This document shows, in pieces, positions 26,915 to 40,240 of a stretch of 64,000 bases of DNA. The DNA comes from Mobula hypostoma (Eukaryota): assembly GCF_963921235.1 (NCBI RefSeq), contig NC_086097.1, positions 144,214,001 to 144,278,000 of the forward strand, written 5' to 3'. The translations under genes and the position numbers were made by a program. Numbering within the stretch: the first letter of the stretch is position 1; each line of letters opens with the position of its first letter. The notes under the pieces are model-generated. The model made no database searches. It was given only the letters and a program-made list of their open reading frames with translations, and had not been told where the DNA came from.

Positions 26915-27565
26915 CAATCAGGAAACCTCACCAACATTTCTACTTTTTGAAGAGGCTGAAGAGAGCTGGACTTAGCACATCTATACTCATTTCCTTCTTC
27001 AGAAGCACCATAGAAAGCATCCTAATTTGTTGTATCACTGCATGGTACAGAAACTCCACTGCCGCAGACAGGAAGGCTCTACAACAGGTAGTCAAAACTG
27101 CCCAACGCATCACCAGCACCAGCTTACCTGCTATCAAGGACATATAGTATATACAGAATGTTGCCAGAGAATTGTCAGTAACATCATGAAGGATCCCACC
27201 CACCCTGCTCATGGACTGTTTGTCCCTCTCCCATCAGGGAGGAGGCTATGCTGCATTCATGCCAGGACCACCAAACTCAACAACAGTTACTTTCACCAAA
27301 CACTGAGGCTGATCACCACCACTACTTTATTATTTCCTGCCAGTGTCACCTTATGTACAGACACTCCTATGCCTAATGTCACTTTATGAATGTATAATCA
27401 ATCTTTGTATGAAAGCTATCTTATGTATTATATTTATTGTGTTTTTTATTGTGTTCTTTATCTTCTGTTTTTTTTTGTACTGCATCAGATCCGGAGTAAC
27501 AATTATTTCATTCTCCTTTACTCATGTATGCTAGAAATAACCCTGAATCTAAACAATCTTGAATC
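26915..27565 (+). mobile_element. Rex1-type LINE 3' fragment
   Basis: YFLKRLKRAGLS..FFRSTIESILICCITAWY..DRKALQQVVKTAQRI; DPTHPAHGLFVPLPSGRR. Confidence 0.88.
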
Positions 27566-27931
27566 CAAATCCAAACGAAATAGCTCAATTTGTATTCTGC
27601 TTTCCACAACCTCAGAATGTCCAGAGCATTTTACAGCCAATGAAGGATGTTTGAAGTTCATTTACAGGATTAATGAATGAAATATAATGAAGGCACTTAC
27701 AGGTATTTTTACACACAGATCCACCCAGATGACTATGCCCATCGCCACAGGTGACTAATTTAATTCTGGACACGCCAGGTGCACCAGGTATATGCACATG
27801 CATGTGAATGTGTGTGGCCTCCTAAACGTTTTGTCTGTGTACAGATGTGGATGACCTGCAGATGAACATATCCAGATGCTTGCATGCAGGTACACTTAAA
27901 TTTATGTGTGAGTATACATGAATGAATGCGT

Positions 27932-27932
<1 letters not shown>

Positions 27933-27970
<38 letters not shown>
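27933..27970. repeat. (GT)19 microsatellite
   Basis: Perfect dinucleotide run. Confidence 0.95.
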
Positions 27971-27973
<3 letters not shown>

Positions 27974-29089
27974 GTGAATGTATAGTTAACATGCTCAAGT
28001 AAGAGCTGCAGCTGCTGCTGTGTGATCAAATAGACTTTGATCTGTTTGGTTAGGTTTTGCTATCCCCCAAGGGCTGAGTGCCTCAGTGACAATCGACTGA
28101 TCTGCGTAGCATTTCAAATGTCCAATTATCCACTTATGAAATTGAGTCTGGTGTATGCAAAGCTCTCATCTCTTAGAAGAACACACACAGCCACGAATCT
28201 TCAAATAATGCCTTTCACCTTTACCTCCAAATAACTAACCCACTGCTCTATCAATATAGATGTTAATTGTATAGCAGAGGTCTGCAATTCACAATATGTA
28301 TTTCATTTCATTTCACTTCAGAAAATGTCAAATACCAATTTTAATTGTATATTATATTTGCTATTGGCATCTTATTAAAACTTAATCCAGCAAAACTGGA
28401 TTGTTGATGGATGAATCAGGTTTTGTCTTCAATACTCCTACAGACAGCAATACTCCAAAATAAGATGACCAGGATTCCTTCTGTCAAGAATGGCTGTTGA
28501 CAGGATAATCATTAAAATATGGCATTAATAAATTGTGTAATGCAAGGCAATAATTCAAAATCTCTTGAACACTGAAAAGAGCAGGCATTCTTTGAGGAGC
28601 GGCTGTTACCAATAGCAGGAAGCTACTGAGAAACTCACATCGCTGAGGGAATATAATAATTTACCTTTACTTTGAGCTGTCAATATTAGGAATGGAAGGC
28701 TTCAGACATTTGATAGCATCCCCACATCAGTTATAACTCAACCAAATTTAGAATATGTGGGGGGGGGGGGGTTGATAGTTTTCACTGTCAGAGCACACAT
28801 TATTACTAAAGAATCAGCAGGATGGTGAGGAGAATTTTTGAATTTGATTATTAATGATTGGGGTCATGCTACCTGAAAGGGTCATGCATGTAGACTTAAT
28901 AGAGACAGTCAAGAGGAAGCTGATGCATGTTTAGTAAACTTTCACCCACATTGCCTTAAAAGAATCTTGCTGAGTGGATTCCCTGATAATAGTTCCATTG
29001 AATACAATAAGTTAGACACTACAGTGACTGTGAGCCTGTTTCATGAAGTCACAAATAAGGCTGTCAAAAGGAAAATGACCTCCTGAGTG

Positions 29090-29212
29090 TAGATCCTCAC
29101 CCTTGACCCTACTACAATGGGTGGCTCTACTAGGAGCTAAGCACTGGATGGCATTGCTCTCGGGATCTCAGGAACCCACAAGCCTCTGCTCCGCAACCAG
29201 GTGACGATCTCC
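29090..29212 (-). mobile_element. Solo copy of the RTE 5'-terminal module
   Basis: Aligns by eye with 44025-44140 (cctcacccttgacc..atgggtg..ctactaggagc..gctctcgggatctcaggaacccacaagcctct). Confidence 0.75.
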
Positions 29213-31204
29213 TGCCACTGGACACTGACCCCTATCTGTCAAGGACTGTGTGGTGGCTGCCCCTGCATCAGCCTCTCCACATTGAGCACAGTCACCCACA
29301 GGCATTCTCCATGGAGGAAACCAGCCCCTTAGGGGAACACCACACTCGACTCAGGTGATCGTGCTACTAGTACTACCCTTCACAAGGTCAGGTGGGACAG
29401 TCTTTGCTGTTTACCTCAAGGGCTTCAGCACCAGGACATCATGAGCTGCTGATGGGGGAATGCCAGGGTAATCTGCCATTACATCCACAGGAGGAACATC
29501 AGGCAAACCTTTGTCATTCACCAAAGGCATGAATGAGATTCGTTCATTAAAATATGTGACATTTGTCATGAAAATATACCTCTCTTAAATGGTGACTTCC
29601 AACTCAGATTTTAATTTATTTGGAGTTGCATACCAAGACTGAACTTACTGGGACCAACTTGGCCATTTGCAGTGAGAAAGGTTCATTTCAGAACTCCTAC
29701 GGAAATGGGGTCAGGGCATTTGATAGCTGCGATCATTTACAGCGAGTGCCAAACAAAGCTTGTTTTTTTTAAGTATCAAAATAACATTTATTCGTAATAA
29801 AAAGGTTATTTACAAGGATAAACCATGCAATGCCTTTTCCTTTTTACATCCATAGCCAATGTGGTAAGTAGTGTTCCACTACATTCCTTAATAAGGCTGT
29901 TGCCACGTGTGTGGCCCCTAAGGGTTCTACAGTAACTGAGGGGTTCCCCATACTGTGGTTCTTCCCCACTGAGCCCTACTTTTGACATTTAATTATGAAT
30001 GTCAACAGCTGCTTCAGACACCAGATTCAAGTTTCAGGTTTATTGTATAGTACAGGGCACTCTGACCTTCTCCATCTCCTCCACATCCCTCTTCATTGTA
30101 CTGACAAGCAGATGAGAACTTTTGCCCCTGTGAGAATGTAGGCACATAAATAAATCTGGTTATCACTTCTTGTATGTGTCATCATTCGGGAAGTTTACAT
30201 ATTTCTCACCCCTGACAGATGATGCATTCCCAATATGATTTTCATATTCAGAATCATATTGAGGGCTGTACAGCCAATTGTTCAATCCTCAAAATGTCTC
30301 TATAATACTTGGGGAGGAACCGTAGGCAAATAAATTGCTAGCGGTGATTACAAAACTGATTGCCAATGCATGGCCATCAAGCCAAGCAAATTTTCTGAAG
30401 AAAACTGAAAGCTGAAGATGACTGAGAGCACCAGATGTGAACATTTCAGCCTTTGGAAGTATTGCTTTCCAAAGGAATCTTGGCCTTTGAAACTTAAATT
30501 TATTTGCCTTTGGTTCTTTCCTGAAAAGTAGACAGAAAATGTAAATAAAAAATACACAGCACCTATGGAGTAAGGAACTGAGTTAACATTTCAAGTCAGC
30601 GATACTTCACCACTTGATAATAACCAACCTGAAAAATAACCCTGTTCTTGCACATTGAGTAATTAAATGCTCTTGTAATCCTCTGTTGCGTAACTTTCCA
30701 TCTGGGCACCTCCATGCTGAACAAACCGTTGCTTACTTCAAAACATCTCAGCAGAAACTCAAATAAAGCATCTCTTGGCTCAAAATATTAATTTAAATTT
30801 GGCTTCCTTACATTTAAACAAGGCCAAAGAAGTGCTGCTTAATCTTGAAATCTAATGCAAGAGGTACCAATTAGAAAATTGCTTTAGAACAGCTTCCATT
30901 AAATGTCTTAATGAACTTGCTGGTTCTCCAGAATAAGCAACCACGCCAGTCAATATCCATGGCCATTAAAATCTAATGTGGGTTCAGGACAGTATTTCAC
31001 ATTTTTGACAATTTAATCCAATCCCCAGTCATTGTCAGTTTACTGTGAGTAGCTCACTTTAACCCTGCTTTAGCCTCAGTTGTAACAAGATTTTTATTTC
31101 CTTTCCCTGTTCTTTTTCAGCTCGGTTTTGGGCTTCAAGATTATTTGGGTTACAAGAACAACAACAAAGTGCCCCAGGAGTGAGTTGCTTTGATGAGCAA
31201 CTTG

Positions 31205-31720
31205 AGTCAGTGCATAGCCAGAGAGCTGTACAGCACAGATATATGTTTGTGCTGACTGGGACGCCTCACTCTACTAATCCCATTTTCCGGCATTTGGCTT
31301 TTATCTCCCTTTTCCTTTCCTGTCCACGTACCTGTGCAAATGCTTTTGAAGTGCAGTGATTGTACGTGCCCCCTCCACCTCCTCTGACAGCTTGTTCCAT
31401 TTATCCAGCCTCTTTGTATGAAAAACCTGCCCCTCAGATCGCCCTTAAATATTTTTGTTCTTACCTTAAGCCTGTGTGCTCTAGGTTTTGCCCATACCCT
31501 TGGCAAAAAAAAAGACACTGTGATAATCGACTCTCTCTATGCCCCTCATAATCCTATAAGGTCATGCTTCAACCTCCTGCAATGCAGTGAGATCAGTCCT
31601 GGGGTACCCAATCACTCCTTGTAAAAGAAGCCCTTGATTCCAGAAAATGACCTGATGAATTCTTCCAGCACTTCTGCATCCTTTCCATATTGTGGTGGCT
31701 GGTTCTGTACACAATTTTTT
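31205..31720 (-). mobile_element. CR1 LINE 3' fragment, diverged
   Basis: Minus ORF 31207-31518 RAHRLKVR..FKGDLRGRFFIQR. Confidence 0.75.
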
Positions 31721-31949
31721 TTCAGAAACTTCACTTGGTTTGATGGCCATGCACCAGCAATCAGTCCGGAAATCACTGCCAGCAATTTAAGGTTCCTCTC
31801 AGAGTGTGATAGAGATATTCTGAGGATCGAACAATTGTCCAGCACAGTTAACCAATGTCTAGTACAGCGGCAACATGGTAACACTTCTCATATATTCAAT
31901 ACCTCTGCCTGTGATTGCAGACAATCAAAATGCCTGCTTCACTACACTA

Positions 31950-32295
31950 CCCTTGATCGCTGGGCACTGCAGGGAGTGGTACGGACAGCCCAGTGCATCT
32001 TTGGATGTGAATTTCCCTCCACTGAGGACATTTACAGCAGCAGGTGCAGAAGGAAGGCCTGGAAGATCATCAGGGACACCAGTCACCCCAACCATAAACT
32101 GTCTCAGCTGCTTCCGTCTGGCAAACAGTACCACAGCATTAAAGCCAGGACCAGCAGGCTCTGGGGACAGCTTTTTACAAGCCATTAGATTTTTAAATTT
32201 CCATTGCAATGGAATCATAACACAAATACTTTTACTCCCTTACGTTGTGGGATGGATGTAAGATTTAAATAAATTCTAATTCTAATCCTAATTCT
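31950..32295 (+). mobile_element. Rex1-type LINE 3' end
   Basis: DRWALQGVVRTAQ..DIYSSRCRRKAWKIIRDTSHP..LLPSGK; ttctaa tail repeats. Confidence 0.82.
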
Positions 32296-32664
32296 ACCCA
32301 CCTGTAATTTTCAGGGAGTTATGAACTTGCATCCAAGATCCCTCTCTACATCAACACTTGCAAGATCCCTGCCTATTTACTGTGTATATCCGGCCAGGAT
32401 CTGACACAGCTTTCTTAAGGTTTATAAGCGATCTTCTGGGGATATTAAAACAGCTCTCTACGTCTTCATGATCATGACTTTTAAAACTTGAATTTGCATT
32501 CGTGACGGGACCTGATCTATATTCTGTGATGTATTGGTTATATGCACCTAAATCATCTGCTTGACTGACAAGCAAGATGTATGATTTGTCATTTTGTCCC
32601 AGAAATCAAACAACAAATATAGCCTTGAAAATGAATGTTTTAAAAAAAGTTACAAATGTTGACC

Positions 32665-32852
32665 AAAATGCAGACAGCGCTGGAAATACTCATCAGGTCA
32701 GGTTGTACCTGTTGAAGGAGAAACCGAATTTTTATTACAGCTCAAAGGTACAGAGTTTGATGAAGGATCTTTGACATGAAACCTTAGCTCTGTTTCTGTG
32801 CCCACAGATGTGGCTTGACCTTTTGTGTGTTTCCAGCAATTTCTGTTTTTAT
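32665..32852. mobile_element. Palindromic Penelope-derived element, diverged
   Basis: Arms gctggaaatactcatcaggtcagg ... cttgacc..gtgtttccagc; core ttgatgaaggatctttgacatgaaac. Confidence 0.55.
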
Positions 32853-33161
32853 TGAAGAATACAGAGTCACCGAAGCACACCGTTCATTAGCACGATTTGT
32901 CTTTCATCATATCGACTGGCTTCATATTGCACTGTCAGTACAGCACACAGTTTTAAAAAAACAACCACATCAAGCACACTGGTTTGAAACACCAGAGAGA
33001 ACCGAAGATACCTTCAGAAAATCATGAAAGCCTGAAGGTTTCTTTGGAAGGCTCATCACCAACAAGTATTGTGATTGGAAGCAATTTTTGGGATCTAAAA
33101 GTTCAGAACATGCAAGTGGCAAACAATTAACCATTTGACCATGGTTAATGCTGAATTAAAC

Positions 33162-33300
33162 AGAACATAGAAAACATAGAAACATAGAAAATCTACAGCA
33201 CAATACAGGCCCTGCGGCCCACAATGCGGTGCCGAACATGAACTTACTTTAGAAATTACCTAGAGTTATCCATAGCTCTCTATTTTTCTAAGCTCCATGA
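33162..33300 (-). mobile_element. CR1 3' tail only
   Basis: (acatagaa)n followed by the 3'UTR also present at 50845-50965 and 21040-21164. Confidence 0.85.
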
Positions 33301-33524
33301 ATTGCATAATGTTAAATTATCACCCATCAAAATGAGGCATCTGTTAGAGATTAGTTGCCTCAGTTTATGAGAAAAAGCTGATAAGTAAATGAGAGCAACA
33401 ACAATAACATCAGTTTCCACTTCGAAACTTCCTCACCTTGGCAAAACATTCCAAGACAGGGATGTTTTTCAGCCTGGTTGCTGGTTTTGGCATGGCATGA
33501 TCTCATATCTGGTGTACAGGGTTT

Positions 33525-33800
33525 GCTGTCCATTTATTCACTCGTTATGTGCCATGTTGTATGACGTGGGCGATCATGGTCTTTCTGTGACCATGATTGT
33601 TCTTGGCAAATTTTCTACAGAAATGGTTTGCCATTGCCTTCTTCTGGGCAGTGTCTTTACAAGATGGCTGACCCCCAGCCCAGACAAAGCACTTCAGAGT
33701 CTGCCTGGCATCAGTGATATCCACCAGCTGCTCATACAAGCATCCACTAGCTGAAGGGGAAGAGTGCCTTACAATGGTAGAGACATATCTTCACCCCGCC
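33525..33800 (-). mobile_element. RTE-related non-autonomous element/SINE
   Basis: Minus strand contains agaagaaggcaatggcaaaccatttc, resembling the BovB/RTE-derived motif found in RTE-mobilised SINEs. Confidence 0.55.
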
Positions 33801-34084
33801 ATCCATTAACACGTGTAAAACTGAAATCTACATGCTGGTTCCTCAATCCCTATTGATAGTATGATCAGTTCCTGGGTAGTAGCTTGCAACTAGTTAAACC
33901 ATCCACTCTCATCCCAACAGCTCCTGCCCACACGTTCATTCTGGCTGAAATTCAATAGACCAGAATCTATACCTTCTGTGATTTCAGGGCAGTGCAAAAT
34001 GATTTACAGAATCAAAGTGCTTTTGAGGTAAAGTCAATGTTGTAAACTGAACTCAGAAATTTCTAAGGAACTGCAATGAATGGA

Positions 34085-34478
34085 GTCGAGTCATAGAACA
34101 CTACAGCACAGAAACAGGCCCTTCATCCTGTCTAGTCCCATCGACCAACGCTCGGACCATACGCTTCCCATCCATGTGCTCTCTTAAATGTTGAAATCAG
34201 ACCTGCATCTACCACATCCACTGGCAGCTTGTTCTATATTCTCACCACTCTCTATATGAAAAAGTTCCCCTCATGTTCCCCTTAAACCAGGGATTCCCAA
34301 CCTGGGGTGCATGGATGCTTCAGTTACTGGTAAGAGTCCATGGCACAAAAAGAGTTGGGAACCCCTGCCTTAAATGTTTCACCTTTCACACTTAACTCTA
34401 GCTCTAGTTTCACCCAATCTCAGTGGAAAAGGCCTGATTGTATTTATCCTGTCTATACCCCTAATGATTTTGTATACC
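34085..34478 (-). mobile_element. CR1 3' end interrupted by a MITE
   Basis: Same 3'UTR family as 1676-2050 and 57833-58320. Confidence 0.8.
34288..34367. mobile_element. 80-bp hAT-type MITE
   Basis: TIRs CAGGGATTCCCAAC / GTTGGGAACCCCTG; 8-bp TSD CCTTAAAC (34280-34287) / CCTTAAAT (34368-34375). Confidence 0.85.
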
Positions 34479-35090
34479 CAAGAAATTAACTCTATGTTTA
34501 GGTTGATGAATAGCAGGAAAACCAAGGGAGGCCTCCACTGTCCATCTTTGAAAAGGGGTATCTAATCCTTCACGGCTTCAATTTAAAATCTTGTCTGAAT
34601 GACAGAACCTCCAAAATCTGGGTGTCAGAGAAGAGCAATCTGGATTGTATGGTCACATTTTTGGCATGGGTTTGAATTCACATCCTATTAACTCCATACT
34701 GAGATTGTACTACTGGACCATGGCAGGAGCCCACTGCAAGAACAGCAGAAACTCCATTTTGTTGTTCACTCAAGTCCTTGGTTTCTTCTGACACAAAACA
34801 ATATGAAAATTCAACCGTTCCCAGACTGCCAGGAAATGAAAATGAGGATCCACAAAATTTGCATGTGACTCTTCTAAAAGCTTTATACAGAGACACACAG
34901 GGATGATTCTGGCAAAGGAAGGCACAGGACTATTCTCTAAGTATCTTCATAAAAGAACAGAAAATGAAAACAGAGAGCGAACAGGAAAACAAGAGTACCT
35001 AAGTAGAAGGAGCAGAGGCACTGACTCTCTGAAGCCACCAAGTATCAGACAATCGGTATCTTCATCCTTTGCATGTGCACCGAGGCTGAT

Positions 35091-35377
35091 ATTTTATTTA
35101 CTTATTGAGATATAGAGTGGAATAGGCCCTTCCAGCCCTTGATCCTCACCGGCAGCTATCCTGCAATTAATCCGAGCCTAATCACAAGACAATTCACAGT
35201 GACCAATTAATCTACCAACCAGTAAATGTTTGGACTGTGGGAGGAAACCAGAGCACCCAGAGGAAATCTGCGCAGTCACGGGGAGAACATACAAATTCCT
35301 TACAGACAGCAGTAGGAATCGAACCTGGGTTGCTGGTACTGTGAAGTGTTGTGCTAGCCATTATATTACCATGACAT
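35091..35377 (-). mobile_element. tRNA-derived V-SINE (HE1-like)
   Basis: Perfect B-box GGTTCGATTCC (plus-strand ggaatcgaacc, 35315-35325) and V-core. Confidence 0.85.
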
Positions 35378-38300
35378 AGTGAGAAGTAAATGAGATTTAC
35401 ATTACAATTCTGACAGAGTTCCTTTTTATCCTGTGGTCTCTATATGGACAGAAGCAGATACAGAGATGTACACAATATATATGCATATGGCATCGTTTAC
35501 TTTTACTTACAGGAAAATGACATGCGTTAGCCTTAGAGAATGAGGCAGTAATGAATTATTCATTTTTGAAATCTTGGGAGTATAATTCCCATATATTTCA
35601 TGAGCTGTACCAGGACATGAACGAACACACACACACACACTTTCTTCCTTAGAAAGAAATCAAACATACTCGATTTTTTTTCTAAGTGTTACACATTTAC
35701 AGAATATACCACTTAGACACTCAAGTGCCATACAGTGCCAGATGGGAACAAATTATTTGCATTTAGCTGCTGTGTGCACTTTTCAAATTACTTTTCCCTT
35801 TGAAAGAAACTTGCTGGTACAGCTGCTTTGTCAGTAAAGCCAGAGGAATCCTGCCACATCACACCTGTCTACCTTGGGGCAAAATACAGATCAAGCTAAC
35901 TGCCAGTCATACTGAGCAGAACCAGCCCTGTGATCCACAGCTGCCAACTCCCAACAAGCCTGTTTTGTTTTTCATCTTCCGCTCTCCTGTGGAGATATAG
36001 GCACATTTCATGGTATGATTTCATTTGTTTGTGCTGGTCGATTAAGCACTCTTTGAGATCTGGTGAAAGGTCAGTGACCTGATACTTTAATTCTGTCTTC
36101 ACAGATGCTGCCTGACCTTCTGAGTATCTTCATCATTCTCTGATTTAAACCTCTGAGTAAGCATTAACTTGGCATAAATAGGGACATGGCCTTAAACCTC
36201 AGCTCCAGAACACCTCAAAACGGTAGTCAAAATAGACTGAAATCTAAATGTCATTCAAAAATGACTCCATCTCCTTCAAGGCAACAATTGAATGTCAAAG
36301 GCCCTCCCAAAACTGTATTATACAGAAAGCTACCCATGAGCTAGTGTCATACCTCACACAGGGGAATATGATTGTGATGATTGGAAGTCAACCAAACCTC
36401 GTATCCTCACGCCACCTAAGCTCAAACCTGCCTCATTATTAACTTTCCTGCTGTCACATGATCAGAAGTGGAAGTGTTCACTGATATTGCAGAATATTCA
36501 GTTTTATTTGCAATTCATCAGATAGTGAAGCAGTCTGTTCCAGCATCTGGCTGACGTTCAAACATGGGCTAATAATGCAGCGGCCTTCTTGGAAAGTGGC
36601 TGATTTCAGCCATTCTCTCTCTGCTGGGTCCATTTTGACTGGCCAAGTCTTATTGACAAGAGTACAAAGATGATCCAAGTGCAGAGGGAGAGACACAGAA
36701 GCAGAATGAACAGTTCATTGAGTTTCAATAAGAACTGTACAGAACAAAGAAAAATAATAAATGTTAGACTAACAGGGATGCTAACTAAGAATCTTCAATT
36801 AAAGCTAATGCTCTCAGTGTGGCTTGGAAGCAGTAAGTTAACACTAAATCAATACCACCCCTTTACAGCAGCTATCTAAATTATTAATCTTCTTTCCCGA
36901 AATGTGGATTAAGGTAGGCAGGGAGCATTGCTGTCACGGTGCTTCAGTCAAGACTTGATAAGACTAAAACGAAAGAAAGGGAGTTAAAAACATTTACCAA
37001 GAAATCCAAATTGGCTGGAATTGGCATTCTCATGTGCGTGATTGCCGACTTCCTCCAGCTGCCCACCTGCAAGAGCGCCTGGATTCCGCGGGAGTGTCTG
37101 CGGTTGTGACAACTTTGGCTTTCTTAATGGAGAATGGATGTGTTTAGAGACTGATAATGCATTATGAATATAAAGCAGTAAGAGCCAATGAACTGGAAAT
37201 TATTAACACGGTGGAGAGCACGTGAGATATCTTCGATGTATTTAACAAGGGACTGGATATGAGTGACAAGATAGAATTGAGGTATGAAGAGATTATCTTA
37301 GTAGACAGAAACAATGAGAAACAAAGAAAAACACCCCAGGGAGGAGGAAAAAGCAGGCAGTGCAGGGCTAGAGAATGATCAACATGGAGACTGGGGCAGG
37401 AGATATCCTAATATGCTGAGATGTGTGATGGTAAGAGAGGCAGAGACTGGCATTGATTGGTGGTGTCATGGTCCAGTGAGGTGTCTACGAGCTGCCACCT
37501 AGCCTCTGCAGGATAGAGGTCAATCCGCCACACCACAATGACATAGCCTTTGCATGGGGTTTGACGACGAAGTTGGGATCGATGTGGCATGAATGAAGAG
37601 GTATGCAATGAGTGAGAGAGGCTAGACTGAGTGAGAGAAGTGCAGAAGTCAATTGGCAATTGGAAATGTAACGGTTGAGAGATTTTTTAAAAAAGCTAGA
37701 AGGGGGTTTGCAAGAGGAATGTTGAAGAGGAGGGAGAAAGAGTCTTTATTTGGGTGTTAAGACACCATGCCAAAGACTTACACATGGAGGAAGGAGTACT
37801 GGAAGAAGAGCTCAATATTATAATGGGCTGGGAGTTCACTGAGGTGCACTGCGGGATACGAAGGTGAGGCTTCTGCTGAGAACAGACCACTCAGCATTAG
37901 AGGGAGAGGTCGGCGTGAGGGGTGGGGGGGTGGTGAAGACACAGCCAAGATTGGAGCTGGGGCCAGGTGCAGAGTCAGAAGAGCATAACGAAAGGGAAGG
38001 CTTAGGAGGCCGTTTGTAATATGTCTTGTATAAACTATGTTCTGTGTGATTTCTGGGTCCATGTGCCAGAAATGATGCTGCTGCAAAGAAGTTTTTCATT
38101 GTAGGTGCACTTCACTGTACTTGTGCATATGACAATAAATTTAACTTGCATTCACTTTGTGGGTGGAACGTTTCTTGGATAAGAGATGGGAGAGAGCCTA
38201 CCTCCTTCTCTTCTTTCCCCCTTACACCCTCAATCCTGGTACAGGGTGCAGACCTAAAACTTAAATTATCCCTTTTCCTCCTCAGGTTCTTCCTGATCCA

Positions 38301-38609
38301 TTGAATTTCTCCAGAAGTCTGTCTTTTTATGCTCCAGACTACCATTTAGAGCCTTTATTTGCTTGGTTGTCCAGTTCCAGCAATACTCAAGAAGTCTGAC
38401 AAAGCAAAACAAGCTGAACTATCCACCCATCCACCAACCGAAACATACGCTCCTTCCAGCATTGGGCTGTTCCTTCACTAAACGGTGCATATTTGTGTGG
38501 AACCTAATCAAATATCTTTTGAAAATCAGATGTACTCCTGATTCAGCCAATTTTTCTTGTTAGTCAAAGATCCCTATTAGATTTGTCAAATTTGATTTTC
38601 TTTTTATCT

Positions 38610-39505
38610 GCTGTGATGAAGTGCTTTGAGAGGTTTGCAATAACATCAACAACCTCTCAGTACTAATCAATAAGCTTCAAAACCTGGGCTGGCTTCTGTA
38701 CCTCGAGTGGCAACTGGACGCTTTTCATCATTGGGAGACCACAGTCAGTGCAGATGGGAAATAACATTTCTACCTCGCTGATAATCGACACCTCAAGGAT
38801 GTGTGCTTAGCCTGCTGCTCTATTCTCTACACCCATGACTATGTGGCTCGGCACAGCTCAAATGCTATCTATAAATGTGCCAATGACACAGCTGTTGTTG
38901 GCAGAATCTCAGATGGTGATGAAGAGAGAGAGATCGACCAGCTGGTTGAGTGGTGTCACAACAACAACCTTGCACTCGTTGCCAGTAAGACTGAAGAGAT
39001 TCTTGTGGATTCAGGAAGGGGAAACCAGAGTGAACGCACATCAGTCCCCTTCGAGGGGTCAGCTGTGGAAAGGATGAGCAGCTTCAAGTTTGTGGGTGTC
39101 AATATCTATCCTGGGCCCAACATATTTGTGCAACTACGATGAAGCCTTGCCAGCAGCCATATGTCATTAGTGGTTTAAGGAAATTTTGTATGTCACTAAA
39201 GATTGACAAGATCACAAGATCATACGACAAAGGAGCAGAAGTAGGCCACTCGGCCCATTGAGTCTGCTCTGCCACTCCACCATGAGCTAAACTATTCTCC
39301 CATCTAGTTCCAATTTCCGGCTTTTTCCCTTCTAATTCTAATAAATTTCAACAGGTGTACCATGGGGAGCATTTTAGCTGGTTACATCACTGTCTGGTGT
39401 GGAGGGCCACTGCACAAGATCATAAAAACGATGCAGAGGCTTACAATCTCAGCCAGCTCCATCATGGGTACTAGCCTTCCTAGCATCAAAGACATCTTCA
39501 AAAAC
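38610..39505 (+). mobile_element. Rex1-type LINE RT fragment, with a CR1 tail inserted at ~39205-39330
   Basis: LYTHDYVARHSSNAIYKCANDTAVVGRISDGDE..LVEWCHNNNLAL..FKFVGV. Confidence 0.82.
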
Positions 39506-39850
39506 CCATCTAGGAGGTGGAAAACTCTAATCTCAAACCTCTACCGCCTTGCAGTTATACCCACTCATGAGGAAGTCTTTGAGAGCAAATCCTGAGGAAA
39601 AATCCAGAGTTGTAGTCCCTAAGATAGTCCTACGTTGAGTTCAACACTGACTGGCAACTCCTGCAATGCCGCTAGTACCAAACTGTATCGGTCTCTACTG
39701 TTCCTTTGGATTCATCAGCTGTGTGGAGAGGGAAAGCCTGCTGCATAGGCAACAGTTTGCTCTCCATATCGTACAGTTCTAACTTCCGTATCACGTAGAC
39801 AGCTTGAACACAACACCCATTGTCAACCCTCTAGTAATGGAGGGGCTCTA
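39506..39850 (+). mobile_element. Probable RTE-related non-autonomous element fragment
   Basis: ggaaaactctaatctcaaacctc..gccttgc..tatacccactcatg..aaatcctgaggaaaaatcc resembles RTE-type UTR sequence; recognition only. Confidence 0.4.
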
Positions 39851-40240
39851 GTTTCTAGTGTAGGAGTGATTGGAGTTCTTATTACAGGGCAGATTAGTTT
39901 AGCTGGCATTATGATCTCTACTGCAAGAGGACAACGCTCTCAGATGCAGGAGGTGCTGTGGTTTCTAATGCAAAGTGACCTATGTTTCAAGGGCAGGATG
40001 GTGTAGGATCCCTAATGCAGGATGAACTGGGGTCAGTGATCTGGGCGTGGCTGCTGTTTCTGCTCCAGAAGAGAAAAATGTCTTACGTTCAGGAGTGACC
40101 ACAGTCTCTCATTCAGGGATGACTAAGCTTGTAGAGGGAGTTCTGGTTTTTAGAGCAGGAGAAACAGCAGACTCTAGTTCAGGATCGACTACGGTCTCCA
40201 CTGCAGAAGTGACTTTTGTCTCTAGCTGAGGAGTTGAGTT

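Noticed and set aside
28759..28771. G13 homopolymer
   Set aside because: Isolated simple run with no supporting context.
31634..32188. 184-aa plus-strand ORF; likewise 44001-44507
   Set aside because: Chimeric read-through into Rex1-type LINE C-terminal coding sequence.
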